NCBI GenBank assembly: GCA_016218805.1
Contig: JACRCW010000117.1
Span: 1 to 43,590, forward strand
Length of the DNA stretch: 43,590 bases
Direction of reading: 5' to 3'
Source: Deltaproteobacteria bacterium
Lineage (GTDB): Bacteria; Myxococcota; JACRCW01
Shown: one piece after another, positions 9,614 through 18,591 of the stretch
How the letters are laid out: every line of letters starts with the position of its first letter
Numbering within the stretch: the stretch's first letter is position 1
Position numbers and translations under genes: made by a program
The notes under the pieces: model-generated
Told to the model about the DNA's origin: nothing
What the model saw: only the letters and a program-made list of their open reading frames with translations
The model's database searches: none

Positions 9614-11854
9614 ATGCCTCGCGTTGATGCCAACATCCGTTCGCTGGTCCAACCCATGCTGCAGCGCGGCCGCATTGAAAAGGCGGACGTGGAGAACCTG
9701 CTGGGCGCTTCTGTGCAGGACAAGGTGCTCACACCGACGGAGCGCGCGGAACTCAAGGCGGTCCTGGAACAGAACGCAGACAAGTTTGCGCCGGATGCCA
9801 AGGCGCGGCTGGCCAGCTTCCTGGCCATGAAGAACGTCACCCTGCGCAATGAGACGGTGGCGCTGGAGAAGGACGGCGTGATTGACACGGCGGACGCCAA
9901 CAAGCTGCTGGGCCTGGCGCAGAAGGACGGGAAGATCTCGTCGGGGGAGAAGTATTCGCTCAGCGCCATGCTCATTGGCTCCAAGCTGTCTCCGGAGGCC
10001 AAGAGCATCATTGCCACCAAGATTGGCGCCGAGGGCGGCGGCGGCACCGGCGCCCCGACGTTGGACGTGAACCTCCCCGAGGTGAACGGCAGCAAGTACA
10101 CGCTGTCTCCCGACGGGCACTTCCAGGTGGGCGCCAACACCACGCCCGCGCGCTACGACGCGGGCGGCGCGCTGGCAGCCTACCGCGCGGCGCAGGCGCT
10201 CTCCGGTGCTCCCGCCGACGCGCTCAAGGGCGTGCCGGTGGAAGTGAAGACCAAGATGCTGGCGCACCTGGAGAAGTGTTTTGAGGCCGGCCAGGACACC
10301 CAGGCGCTCCCCCAGGTGGCGCGCGAACGCATGCGCTCCGCGGCCGCCACGTCGCTGCTGGCGGTCATCCAGGGCTGCACCACGCCGGCGGAGAAGGGCG
10401 TGCGTGACCAGGCCATTGCCGCCTACCTCAAGCACGCGGGCAGCGAGCCCATGAACGGCCTGCGCGCCTCCATGTACTTCAACCTGGAGGGCCTCAAGGC
10501 GTCCCTGTCCCCGGAGCAGGCCAAGGGGCTGGAGGACGTGCGCAAGCAGGTGGTGCCGCAGGCGCCCCCCTACGCCACGTGGTTTGCCAACAACGGTGAA
10601 CGCGCGATCAACATCAAGCACTACGCCCACGACGAGTGCTGGCAGTACGGCGCGGACCCGGTGGCCAACTACACGGCCATGGGCTTCACGGTGAAGGAGA
10701 AGAACGAGACGGCCAAGCCGCCGACGTGGAAGCTGGAGAAGGTCATCCAGAACGCGCAGGGCGGGCCGGTCACCATGTGCATTGAAGTCAAGCGCACGCA
10801 CGACGGGCTGTTTGAGTCCATGGATGACCCCAAGACCAACGTCATCCTCTACACCGGTCACTCCAACCTGGGCGGCAACGTTTCCGAGGAGCTGCGCCTG
10901 GGCAAGGAGGAGAAGGGCAACAAGCTTGTGGTCATGGGAATGTGCCGCGGCAAGCAGAACATCCCGGAGTTTGCCAACAAGTACCCCAACACCCAGTTCA
11001 TCACGACGGACGCGCCCTCCTACTTCTCCTCCATGCCCACCATCACGCGCGGCATGGTGGAAGGCCTGGGCGTGCAGGCGAACTACACCACCATCAAGGA
11101 CAAGACCGGCTACATCATGGATGAGCACGGGAAGGACAACTACTTCTTCCCGCACGAGGACCGCCGCTACCAGCTCTACGACGTGGACCAGGACGGCCGC
11201 GTGGACGCGCAGGGTGCCGGGCGGGACCGCCTGTACGACGTGGGGCTCAAGTTCCCCGCCGGCACCAAGGTGGACCTGGTGGCCCGCGACAACGACCACA
11301 AGGCCGACGAGCTGGACGGCGGCAAGGTGCTGCACGCGGTGCAGTTCCTCAACACGCTGGCGACCTACCACGTGGACCACGGCAACAATACGAGCAGGTT
11401 CAACAACGGCGACATGGACGCGTTCCTGGGCGGCGGGTGGTTTGAGGGCCCCAAGGACGAGGCCGTGCGCGTCAAGAAGGAAACGCTGGACGGCAAGACG
11501 TTCTTCCGCGTCAGCGTCAACAAGGCGTATGCCGATCAGAGCCAATTCGCGCTGGGCACCATGGTCCAGTACGAGGTGTTCAAGCAGCTCAGCCAGGAAC
11601 GCAGCGGCGGCACGCTCTCCAAGCAGGACCAGGCCCGCGCCATCCTGTTCGCCGGCGAATACCTCTCATACATGTACTGCTCCTACGAAGAGGCGGAAGG
11701 CGCCATGCGGTCGCTGTCCAAGCGGTCCGGGCTGGGGAACTTTGGGTTTGAGGCCGTCTACAAGGCCATTGAGACGGACGGGCACGGGTACGTCACCGAC
11801 GCGCAGATGAACGCGCTGCTGCAGAAGCTGGGACAGGCGCCCACGCCCCCGTGA
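9614..11854 (+). CDS. Large uncharacterised protein with a putative clan-CD (caspase/gingipain-like) peptidase domain
   Basis: 746-aa ORF with host-like codon usage and a GGAGA RBS. It carries VILYTGHS and LVVMGMCRG motifs, a DVDQDGRVD Ca-loop and a duplicated N-terminal helical module. The CDS is solid; the function is inferred. Confidence 0.8.
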   Translation: MPRVDANIRSLVQPMLQRGRIEKADVENLLGASVQDKVLTPTERAELKAVLEQNADKFAPDAKARLASFLAMKNVTLRNETVALEKDGVIDTADANKLLGLAQKDGKISSGEKYSLSAMLIGSKLSPEAKSIIATKIGAEGGGGTGAPTLDVNLPEVNGSKYTLSPDGHFQVGANTTPARYDAGGALAAYRAAQALSGAPADALKGVPVEVKTKMLAHLEKCFEAGQDTQALPQVARERMRSAAATSLLAVIQGCTTPAEKGVRDQAIAAYLKHAGSEPMNGLRASMYFNLEGLKASLSPEQAKGLEDVRKQVVPQAPPYATWFANNGERAINIKHYAHDECWQYGADPVANYTAMGFTVKEKNETAKPPTWKLEKVIQNAQGGPVTMCIEVKRTHDGLFESMDDPKTNVILYTGHSNLGGNVSEELRLGKEEKGNKLVVMGMCRGKQNIPEFANKYPNTQFITTDAPSYFSSMPTITRGMVEGLGVQANYTTIKDKTGYIMDEHGKDNYFFPHEDRRYQLYDVDQDGRVDAQGAGRDRLYDVGLKFPAGTKVDLVARDNDHKADELDGGKVLHAVQFLNTLATYHVDHGNNTSRFNNGDMDAFLGGGWFEGPKDEAVRVKKETLDGKTFFRVSVNKAYADQSQFALGTMVQYEVFKQLSQERSGGTLSKQDQARAILFAGEYLSYMYCSYEEAEGAMRSLSKRSGLGNFGFEAVYKAIETDGHGYVTDAQMNALLQKLGQAPTPP

Positions 11855-11888
11855 TCGCGCACTGACGGCCCCCCCACCCGCCCCACCC

Positions 11889-11934
11889 GCCCCGGCGCTC
11901 CCGCGCCGGGGCGCCCTTCCCCCAACGGGGGAGG
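11889..11934. terminator. Double hairpin between convergent genes (terminator or REP-like)
   Basis: GCCCCGGCGC-TCCC-GCGCCGGGGC (11889-11912) and CCTTCCCCC-AAC-GGGGGAGG (11915-11934). Confidence 0.55.
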
Positions 11935-11937
11935 TGA

Positions 11938-13455
11938 TCAAGGCGAGCGCGGTTCAATGCGGCCCTGGCGTGAACGCGCGTTGAAGAACAGCACGAGCTT
12001 GCCTGCCGCCGCCTTCTGGTCCGGAAACGCCATCACAAACGACGCCGGACCCCGCGGCCACGGCACGTACCACTCCGCCCGCGAGGTGGACGGGACGCGC
12101 GCTGAGAACGCCTCGTCGTCGGCGAACGGCGGGTCTCCCGCCACGCCCAGCAGCACCACCGCCTCATTCCCGCTGCCCAGGTTCACCAGGTCCGGGCGCC
12201 CGTCCCCGTTGAAGTCCTGTCCCACCAGCGGCGGACCGCCCTTCACGCTCCCCGCCCCGGTATCCAGCCCAAATGGCAGCGTCATGGAGCGCCCTTCACG
12301 CAGCGTCCCGCCCACCGCCCGCAGCACGCGCAGGTCCGCGTCCACGCGCTGCCGCACCAGCATGCCCGCCACCGCCATGGGCGTGGTGCGGATGACCGGC
12401 TCCAGCAGTTCCAACCGCCCGTCCGCGTCCACGTCCAGCAACGCCAGCGGCGTGGCGTAGCCGTCCACCCGCCGCACGCTGGTGGGGTCCGCCGCAAACC
12501 CCGCCACGCCACGCCCCGGGTAGTACCGCGTCTCCGTGCGCAGGCTGGTGAGCCCGCCGGCCAGCTTGGTGGCCACCGCGTCCGGCAGCCCGTCTCCATC
12601 CAGGTCACCCAGCATCACGTCCAGCACGGCGTTGCGGCGCGCGCGGTCCGTCTCGGTACGCAGCTCAAACGAACGTTCGTTCACCGGCGCCGGGTCCAGC
12701 CGGCCGTCACGCCGCAGGAACAGCTTCAGCGTGTCTTCCACCACCTGGTACAGGTCGTCGTCGCCGTCGCCATCCGCATCCACGTTCACCAGCCGCGGCA
12801 TCAGCACCTGCGTCATCAGCGCAAAGTCCCGCCGCGCGCGCGGGCCGCGGAATTCGTCACCGCTGGTGTGGTAGGCGCGCGGGCGCAGCGGCAACGTCCG
12901 CTCCACCCGCACGCCCGCACCGTCAGGCACCGCAATGGCCAGCCCCCGTCCCGTGGGCACCCACAGTTCCACCGCCGTGGCCGCGCCGCGCGGCGCGCGG
13001 CACACCTGGTAGAACGGCGCGTCCTCCTCGTCAGGAAAACCCAGCACGCCCGGGATCTCCACCAGCGGCACCGCGGTGTCCGCGTAGCGCGTGGCGTCCA
13101 CGTGCGTGAACACGGACAACCCATCCGCAGTCAACAGCACCACCTCCGCGCCGGGCGCGGGCAGCACGTCACAGAAGTCCACCACCACGGCATTGTCCGG
13201 CAGCGTGAGCAACTGCGTGGGTTCTGCCGTGGGGCCGTCCACGCCCACCTGCCACAGCGCCAGGCGCCGCACGGGCGCGCGGTCCGTGCCCTGCCGCGCC
13301 GTGGCCGCCAGTTCCGCCAGCCCGTCCCCGTCCAGGTCACGCGTGACGACGTGCGCGGTGCGGCCCTCCAACGTGAGGGGAATGCGGCGCAGGTCCACGC
13401 CGGGCGCGGCCAGCGCCGGCAGCGGACACAGCAGGAACAGCGCGGCGGCACGCAC
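11938..13455 (-). CDS. Secreted FG-GAP/VCBS repeat protein
   Basis: Five DxDGDG-type loops (DLDGDGLAEL, DADGDGDDDL, DLDGDGLPDA, DVDADGRLEL, DFNGDGRPDL). GTG 13455 gives a signal peptide ending in ALA; an alternative start is 13509. Confidence 0.85.
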   Translation of the reverse strand: MRAAALFLLCPLPALAAPGVDLRRIPLTLEGRTAHVVTRDLDGDGLAELAATARQGTDRAPVRRLALWQVGVDGPTAEPTQLLTLPDNAVVVDFCDVLPAPGAEVVLLTADGLSVFTHVDATRYADTAVPLVEIPGVLGFPDEEDAPFYQVCRAPRGAATAVELWVPTGRGLAIAVPDGAGVRVERTLPLRPRAYHTSGDEFRGPRARRDFALMTQVLMPRLVNVDADGDGDDDLYQVVEDTLKLFLRRDGRLDPAPVNERSFELRTETDRARRNAVLDVMLGDLDGDGLPDAVATKLAGGLTSLRTETRYYPGRGVAGFAADPTSVRRVDGYATPLALLDVDADGRLELLEPVIRTTPMAVAGMLVRQRVDADLRVLRAVGGTLREGRSMTLPFGLDTGAGSVKGGPPLVGQDFNGDGRPDLVNLGSGNEAVVLLGVAGDPPFADDEAFSARVPSTSRAEWYVPWPRGPASFVMAFPDQKAAAGKLVLFFNARSRQGRIEPRSP

Positions 13456-13663
13456 GGTGGACGGGCGTAGCAACTGCCGCGGCACCGGCGCAAAGGCCCG
13501 CGCGCCCACGATCCTCCCGGGACGCCCCTTCCGCGTGGACGCGCACCGCTCCGCGGGATAGGCCCCACGTGGTGGTCCTTGTGGAGACCCGGATGAACGC
13601 CATGGCAGGTGCGGTCCAGGGAGCGCTGCTGCGGGTCACGCGGGTCAATGCGGTTTCCTGCAC

Positions 13664-14194
13664 GTGCGGTTCATGACGGCGTTGCGCGCGCTGTCCTGGT
13701 GTGTGCGCGCGCTGATGGTGCCGCTGGACATCTGCATTGTGTGGGGGCGGCGTGCGGTGCACCGCGCCGTGCCACCGCGTTACCAGGTGCGCGGAGCCTG
13801 CGCGCACGGCGGCGGGTGCTGCCGCCGGCTGCTGGTGGTGGAGGAACCGTTTCTGGTCCGCCCGGTGCTGGGCCGCCTGGCGCGCTTCTGGCTTGAGCGG
13901 ATTTACCCCATGCGCGTGACCGCCAATGCGGTGCTGGACCCGGAGACCGGCGAGTACCACCGCATCCTGGAATGCCGGAACCGCGTGGACGGGCGTTGCC
14001 GGGAATACGCGCTACGGCCGCGGGCCTGCCGCGAGTGGCCGCTGTCCGACGGGGAGCGGCCGGCCGTGCTGTTTGCCGGCTGCGGTTTCCGCGTGGTGGA
14101 CCGCTGGTCCGGGACGGACGTGGACGTCTCACGACGCCGCGGCACCACGGACACGGCGCCCGCGCTGCTGGCCCAGTGGAAGGGTGACGCGTAA
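13664..14194 (+). CDS. YkgJ-family Cys-cluster (Zn/Fe-chelating) protein
   Basis: GACAHGGGCC...C.....GRC..Y..RP..CR.WP...CGF pattern; start uncertain. Confidence 0.7.
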   Translation: MRFMTALRALSWCVRALMVPLDICIVWGRRAVHRAVPPRYQVRGACAHGGGCCRRLLVVEEPFLVRPVLGRLARFWLERIYPMRVTANAVLDPETGEYHRILECRNRVDGRCREYALRPRACREWPLSDGERPAVLFAGCGFRVVDRWSGTDVDVSRRRGTTDTAPALLAQWKGDA

Positions 14195-14204
14195 GAACGT
14201 CAAA

Positions 14205-15449
14205 TCAACCGTCCGTGCCGCCGGTCACCAGCACCCCGGCGCGCACGCGGTCACCCGCGTGGACAATGACCAGGTCACCGTCCGCCAGGCCGCGCCGGAC
14301 CTCCACGTCCGTGCCGCTGCGCGCCCCCAGATCCACCTCCGTAAGCTGGGCGCGCCCGTCCACAATGCGGAACGCCGCCCACCCGTCACCGCGGCGGAAC
14401 GCAGCGCCCGAAGGGGCCTGCAGCGCGGCAGGGATCTCCGCCGTCACGATCTGGGCATCCACGCGGAACCCGTCACCCAGCGCGGCGGTGCGCGTGTCCG
14501 GCTCATCAAGCGCCAGGATGACGTTGACCCGCTGTTCCTCCACGCCCAGCGCGGAGACACGCGTGAATGCGGCCGGCTCCACAACGCGCACGTGGGCCCG
14601 CAGCGGGCCCTCGCCGCCCCACCGGGTGAGCGTGGCCGGCTGACCCGCGCGGATGCGCACGGCGTCAGACGACAGAACGTCCACCACGACCTCCAGCGTG
14701 CCCGGCACGCCGATCTCCAGCAGCGGCGTGCCCGCCGCCACCACGCCGCCACCGGGGTGCAGCACGCGCAGGACCTGTCCCGCCATGGGGGATGGCAGCG
14801 TGAGGCGCTCGGCGGCGCGGGGCGCGGAGCGCGCGCGCTGGAGGGTGGCGCGGGCCATCTCTACGTCGTGCGCGGCCACGTCCGCCGCAAACTGCGCGCC
14901 CCGCAGATCCATGGCGCGCGCGCTGGCCTCATACTCGGCGCGCTCCGTGTCCGCCGGCGGGGCAAGCTGCCTGTCGGCCAGCAGGCGCATGCGCCGGCCC
15001 TCCCGCTGCGCAAGGTCCGCCGCGAGGCGTGCGCGCTCCACGTTGGCCATGGCTGCATCCCGCGCGGATTGGGCCGCGGCGAGCCGGCCGGCGGCCTCCG
15101 TGCGCATGCGCGCGTCCAGCATGGGCGGTTGCACCGGCTCAACCGCCACCAGCGCCTGGCCCTGGCGGACGGTGTCACCCGGGTGCAACCCCACGCGCGC
15201 CAGCGTGCCCGTCAACGGCGCCGTCACCACCCAACGGTCATGCACGCGGGTCACGCCGTCATCCTCCACCAGGACGCGCAGCACGCCGCGCCGCACGGTG
15301 GCCGTCTCCACCCGCAGCGGGCGCGGGCGCAGTGCCTGGAACGCAATGGCCGCCAGAGTGGCCGCCGCCAGTCCAACAAGGATGCGCATGGCCCGCGGCG
15401 AGCGGCGGCGGTGGTGGAGCACGCTGGGGGCGGAGAGGGTGGTGTCCAT
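14205..15449 (-). CDS. HlyD/MacA-type periplasmic adaptor subunit
   Basis: N-terminal TM, biotinyl-like hybrid (VTAPLTG, SPMAGQVL), coiled hairpin and EPAAFTRVSALGVEEQRVNV. Confidence 0.92.
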   Translation of the reverse strand: MDTTLSAPSVLHHRRRSPRAMRILVGLAAATLAAIAFQALRPRPLRVETATVRRGVLRVLVEDDGVTRVHDRWVVTAPLTGTLARVGLHPGDTVRQGQALVAVEPVQPPMLDARMRTEAAGRLAAAQSARDAAMANVERARLAADLAQREGRRMRLLADRQLAPPADTERAEYEASARAMDLRGAQFAADVAAHDVEMARATLQRARSAPRAAERLTLPSPMAGQVLRVLHPGGGVVAAGTPLLEIGVPGTLEVVVDVLSSDAVRIRAGQPATLTRWGGEGPLRAHVRVVEPAAFTRVSALGVEEQRVNVILALDEPDTRTAALGDGFRVDAQIVTAEIPAALQAPSGAAFRRGDGWAAFRIVDGRAQLTEVDLGARSGTDVEVRRGLADGDLVIVHAGDRVRAGVLVTGGTDG

Positions 15450-15452
15450 GGG

Positions 15453-17819
15453 TCACTCCCGTGCCTTGAGTACGGCCAACAGGTCCAACCCGTGCAGCCG
15501 CTGCCGCACCGCGCCAATGCCCAGCGCGCCCGCCAGCAGCGCCACCACGGTGGCAAACGCGTACGTGGCCGGACTGATGACGACGGTGAGGCGGAACAAT
15601 TCGGGGTCCACGCGAGAAAGCACCACGTGCGAAATGAGTGTCCCGAGCGCCAGGCCCGCCGGAATGCCCAGCGCCAGGTGGACCATGATCTCCGTGGTCA
15701 ACATCCCGGCGATCTCACGGCGCGTGAACCCCAGGACGCGCAGCGTGGCCAGCTGGTGCGCGCGCTGTGACAACGCCACGCGCGCGTTGTTGTAGACCAC
15801 CGCACACGCAAGAATCAGCGCGAACACGGTGAGAATCACCACCCCCGCCATCACCGGGCCGGTCATCTCCTGGCGGAACACCTCAATGACGACGTTGCGG
15901 CGGGTGATGGCTCCCGTGGCGGGCATGGCGGCCAACGCGCGCTGCAGCCCATCCCACGCGCGCGGATCAGTCTGGAGCAGCAGGCTGTTGGTGTGACGCT
16001 CCTGCCGCAGCGCGCGGTGCAGCGCGTCCAGGGACATGTGCCCCTGCAGGCCCAAGGTCTCATCCACCACCGCCACCACAGGCAGGTCCACGGTGCGGCC
16101 ACTGCCGTCCAGGAACTCCGCCCGCGCCACGCCGCCCACCGTGACGCCCACAATCTCCGCAAGCTTGCGGGTGAGCATGATGCCGTCATCCGGGATGGGG
16201 GCGCGGTTGCCGCGGCGGTCACGCACCACGCGCAGCGTCTGGCCGTGCGCGTAGCCGTTGATGACAATCTCCCGCGCCACGGCACCATGGTGCAGCCGGG
16301 CCGGCACCACGCGCATGCCCTCCGCGCGCAGGACGCCGGGCAGCCGCGCCACGGCGTGCAGCTCGCGCCAGGGGACGGGATTGCGCAGGGCCACCAGCAC
16401 GTCCTCGCGTTGCGACCGGTAGAACTGCAGGTCCATGAGGAACTCAATGGAGTCTATGGAGCAACGCGTGGCCACAAGCACCGCGGCCGCCAGCGCGATT
16501 CCCAGCGACGAGAGGAGCAGCTTCACCGGGTGGCGGGCCATTTCGCGGATGGACATGCGCATGGCGGGAGCCACCAGGCGCCGCCAGCCCGCGCGGTCCA
16601 TCAAGCCGCTGCGGAAAGTGGCCGGAGCGGGCGGTTGCATGGCCTCCGCGGGTGACAGCGCGGTCACCGAACGCACCGCGCCCAGCGCGCCCGCCAGTGC
16701 CGCCAACAGGCTGACGAGGACGGCCACGCCCAGCGCGTCCGGCTGGAGTACGAACCGCAGCGACGGGAAATAGAAATAGTCCCGGTACATCTGCACGGTG
16801 GCGCGGCCCAGCCAGGTCCCACCCGCGATGCCACCCGCCGTGCCCACCAGCACCACGACGCCGGCGAGCTGGAGGAAGTGCAGCGCGACGGCGGCGTTGG
16901 AGTAGCCGATGGCCTTGAGGGTGGCCACCTGCACGCGCTGCAACGTGACCAGCCGGTTGAGCACGAAGGCGAGAATGAACGCGGCAACGCCGAGAAAGAT
17001 GGCCGGCATCAGCGTGGCGATGGCCTCAAGCTGCATCTTCTCCTGCTCCAGGATTCTCCAGGACATCTGCCGCTCACGCGGGTAGGCGCCGCGCCCGCCC
17101 CACGGCTCCAGCACGCTGTCAATGCGCGCCAGCGCTGACGACGGGGCGGCGCCCGGCTGAAGGCGGAACACGGCGTTGTTGAACGCGCCCTCCATCTGGA
17201 ACGCACGGGCGAGCGCGTCACGCGGCATCCACAGGACGGCAAAGCGCCGGTCATCCGGGAGCAGCTCGCCCTCCGGGACGGGGTAGATGAACTCCGGAGA
17301 GAACGCGATGCCGACGACCTGCAACCGGCGGAGGGTGCCGTTGATGATGGCGGGCACGCGCGCCCCCAGCTCCAGCCCGTGGGCCAGCATGAACTGCTCC
17401 ATGGTGGCCACTTCATCCGTGGCGCGCGGGTCAGGGAGGCGGCCGCGTACCAGCTGCAACGCATTGAGGGGCGGCACACCGTGCGGCGGGAGTGAAACCA
17501 CCGTGGCGTAGGCGGGCTCCACCAGGCCTTCCAACGGGAGTGTCACGCGCTGCACCACGCGCGTGACCACGCGTTCCACCCCGGCAACGGACTCCAGTTG
17601 CGCCGCCACGGAATCCGGCGCGCGCACCACGTCCACCCACGCATCCGCGAGACGGTAGCGCGCGGCGTGGTGCTCCTGCGCGTCCTCAATGGCACTGAGG
17701 GACCCGCGCATGGCGACGTACCCGCCGATACCGCACGCGACGACGCCGCCGATGGTGGCGACCTGGCCCGCCAGGCCGCGCAGGTCCCGCCACAGCTTCT
17801 TCTGCAACGCGGCTACCAT
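15453..17819 (-). CDS. MacB/FtsX-type ABC transporter permease (duplicated)
   Basis: [20 protein letters not shown] and LATLRVLGF motifs; two periplasmic domains; ends [10 protein letters not shown]. Confidence 0.93.
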   Translation of the reverse strand: MVAALQKKLWRDLRGLAGQVATIGGVVACGIGGYVAMRGSLSAIEDAQEHHAARYRLADAWVDVVRAPDSVAAQLESVAGVERVVTRVVQRVTLPLEGLVEPAYATVVSLPPHGVPPLNALQLVRGRLPDPRATDEVATMEQFMLAHGLELGARVPAIINGTLRRLQVVGIAFSPEFIYPVPEGELLPDDRRFAVLWMPRDALARAFQMEGAFNNAVFRLQPGAAPSSALARIDSVLEPWGGRGAYPRERQMSWRILEQEKMQLEAIATLMPAIFLGVAAFILAFVLNRLVTLQRVQVATLKAIGYSNAAVALHFLQLAGVVVLVGTAGGIAGGTWLGRATVQMYRDYFYFPSLRFVLQPDALGVAVLVSLLAALAGALGAVRSVTALSPAEAMQPPAPATFRSGLMDRAGWRRLVAPAMRMSIREMARHPVKLLLSSLGIALAAAVLVATRCSIDSIEFLMDLQFYRSQREDVLVALRNPVPWRELHAVARLPGVLRAEGMRVVPARLHHGAVAREIVINGYAHGQTLRVVRDRRGNRAPIPDDGIMLTRKLAEIVGVTVGGVARAEFLDGSGRTVDLPVVAVVDETLGLQGHMSLDALHRALRQERHTNSLLLQTDPRAWDGLQRALAAMPATGAITRRNVVIEVFRQEMTGPVMAGVVILTVFALILACAVVYNNARVALSQRAHQLATLRVLGFTRREIAGMLTTEIMVHLALGIPAGLALGTLISHVVLSRVDPELFRLTVVISPATYAFATVVALLAGALGIGAVRQRLHGLDLLAVLKARE

Positions 17820-18550
17820 TGCAGCTCCTCCGCGCGCGCGCGGCGTGTGTTCACCACGGTCCCACGGATGCGGCCATCCGCCATGGTGAGCACGCGGTGC
17901 GCCATGGTGGAGATGGCCGCGCTGTGCGTGATGAGCACCGTGGTGGTGCCCAGCTCCTGGTTCACGCGCTCCAGCACCGTCAGCACCTTCTGTCCCGTAC
18001 GGAAGTCCAGCGCGCCGGTGGGCTCGTCACACAGCAGCACGTCCGGCCGTTTGGCCACCGCGCGCGCAATGGCCACGCGCTGCTGTTCGCCGCCGGACAG
18101 CTGCGCGGGGAAATGGTCCCTGCGCTCCGCCAGGCCCACCAGGTCCAGCACGTCCGCAGGATCCAGCGCGTCGTCCGCAAGATCGGTAACCAGCTCCACG
18201 TTCTCCCGCGCCGTCAGGCTGGGAACCAGGTTGAAGAACTGGAATACAAAGCCGACGTGACGCCGCCGGAATGCGGTCAGGTTCTCCTCGTGATCAAAGT
18301 CCACGCACTGACCGCGGTAGCGGAGTTCGCCGGAGGTGGGCGCGTCCAGCCCGCCCAGGATGTTGAGCAACGTTGACTTGCCGCTGCCGGAAACGCCCAG
18401 GATGACCACCAGCTCACCCTCAGCCAGCGCAACATCCACCCCGCGCAGGGCCTGCACCTCCACGTCACCCATGCGGTACACGCGGCACAGCGCCCGTCCC
18501 TCCAGGACCGGTGAAGCGGGCTCCGCCACGGGTTGTGACGTCGTCACCAT
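17813..18550 (-). CDS. ABC transporter ATP-binding protein (LolD/MacB-like)
   Basis: [41 protein letters not shown] and ITH motifs. Confidence 0.96.
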   Translation of the reverse strand: MVTTSQPVAEPASPVLEGRALCRVYRMGDVEVQALRGVDVALAEGELVVILGVSGSGKSTLLNILGGLDAPTSGELRYRGQCVDFDHEENLTAFRRRHVGFVFQFFNLVPSLTARENVELVTDLADDALDPADVLDLVGLAERRDHFPAQLSGGEQQRVAIARAVAKRPDVLLCDEPTGALDFRTGQKVLTVLERVNQELGTTTVLITHSAAISTMAHRVLTMADGRIRGTVVNTRRARAEELQW

Positions 18551-18591
18551 ACCGCCAAGTTAGGCACTGGTTGACCCGCTGCAGGCGTTAC

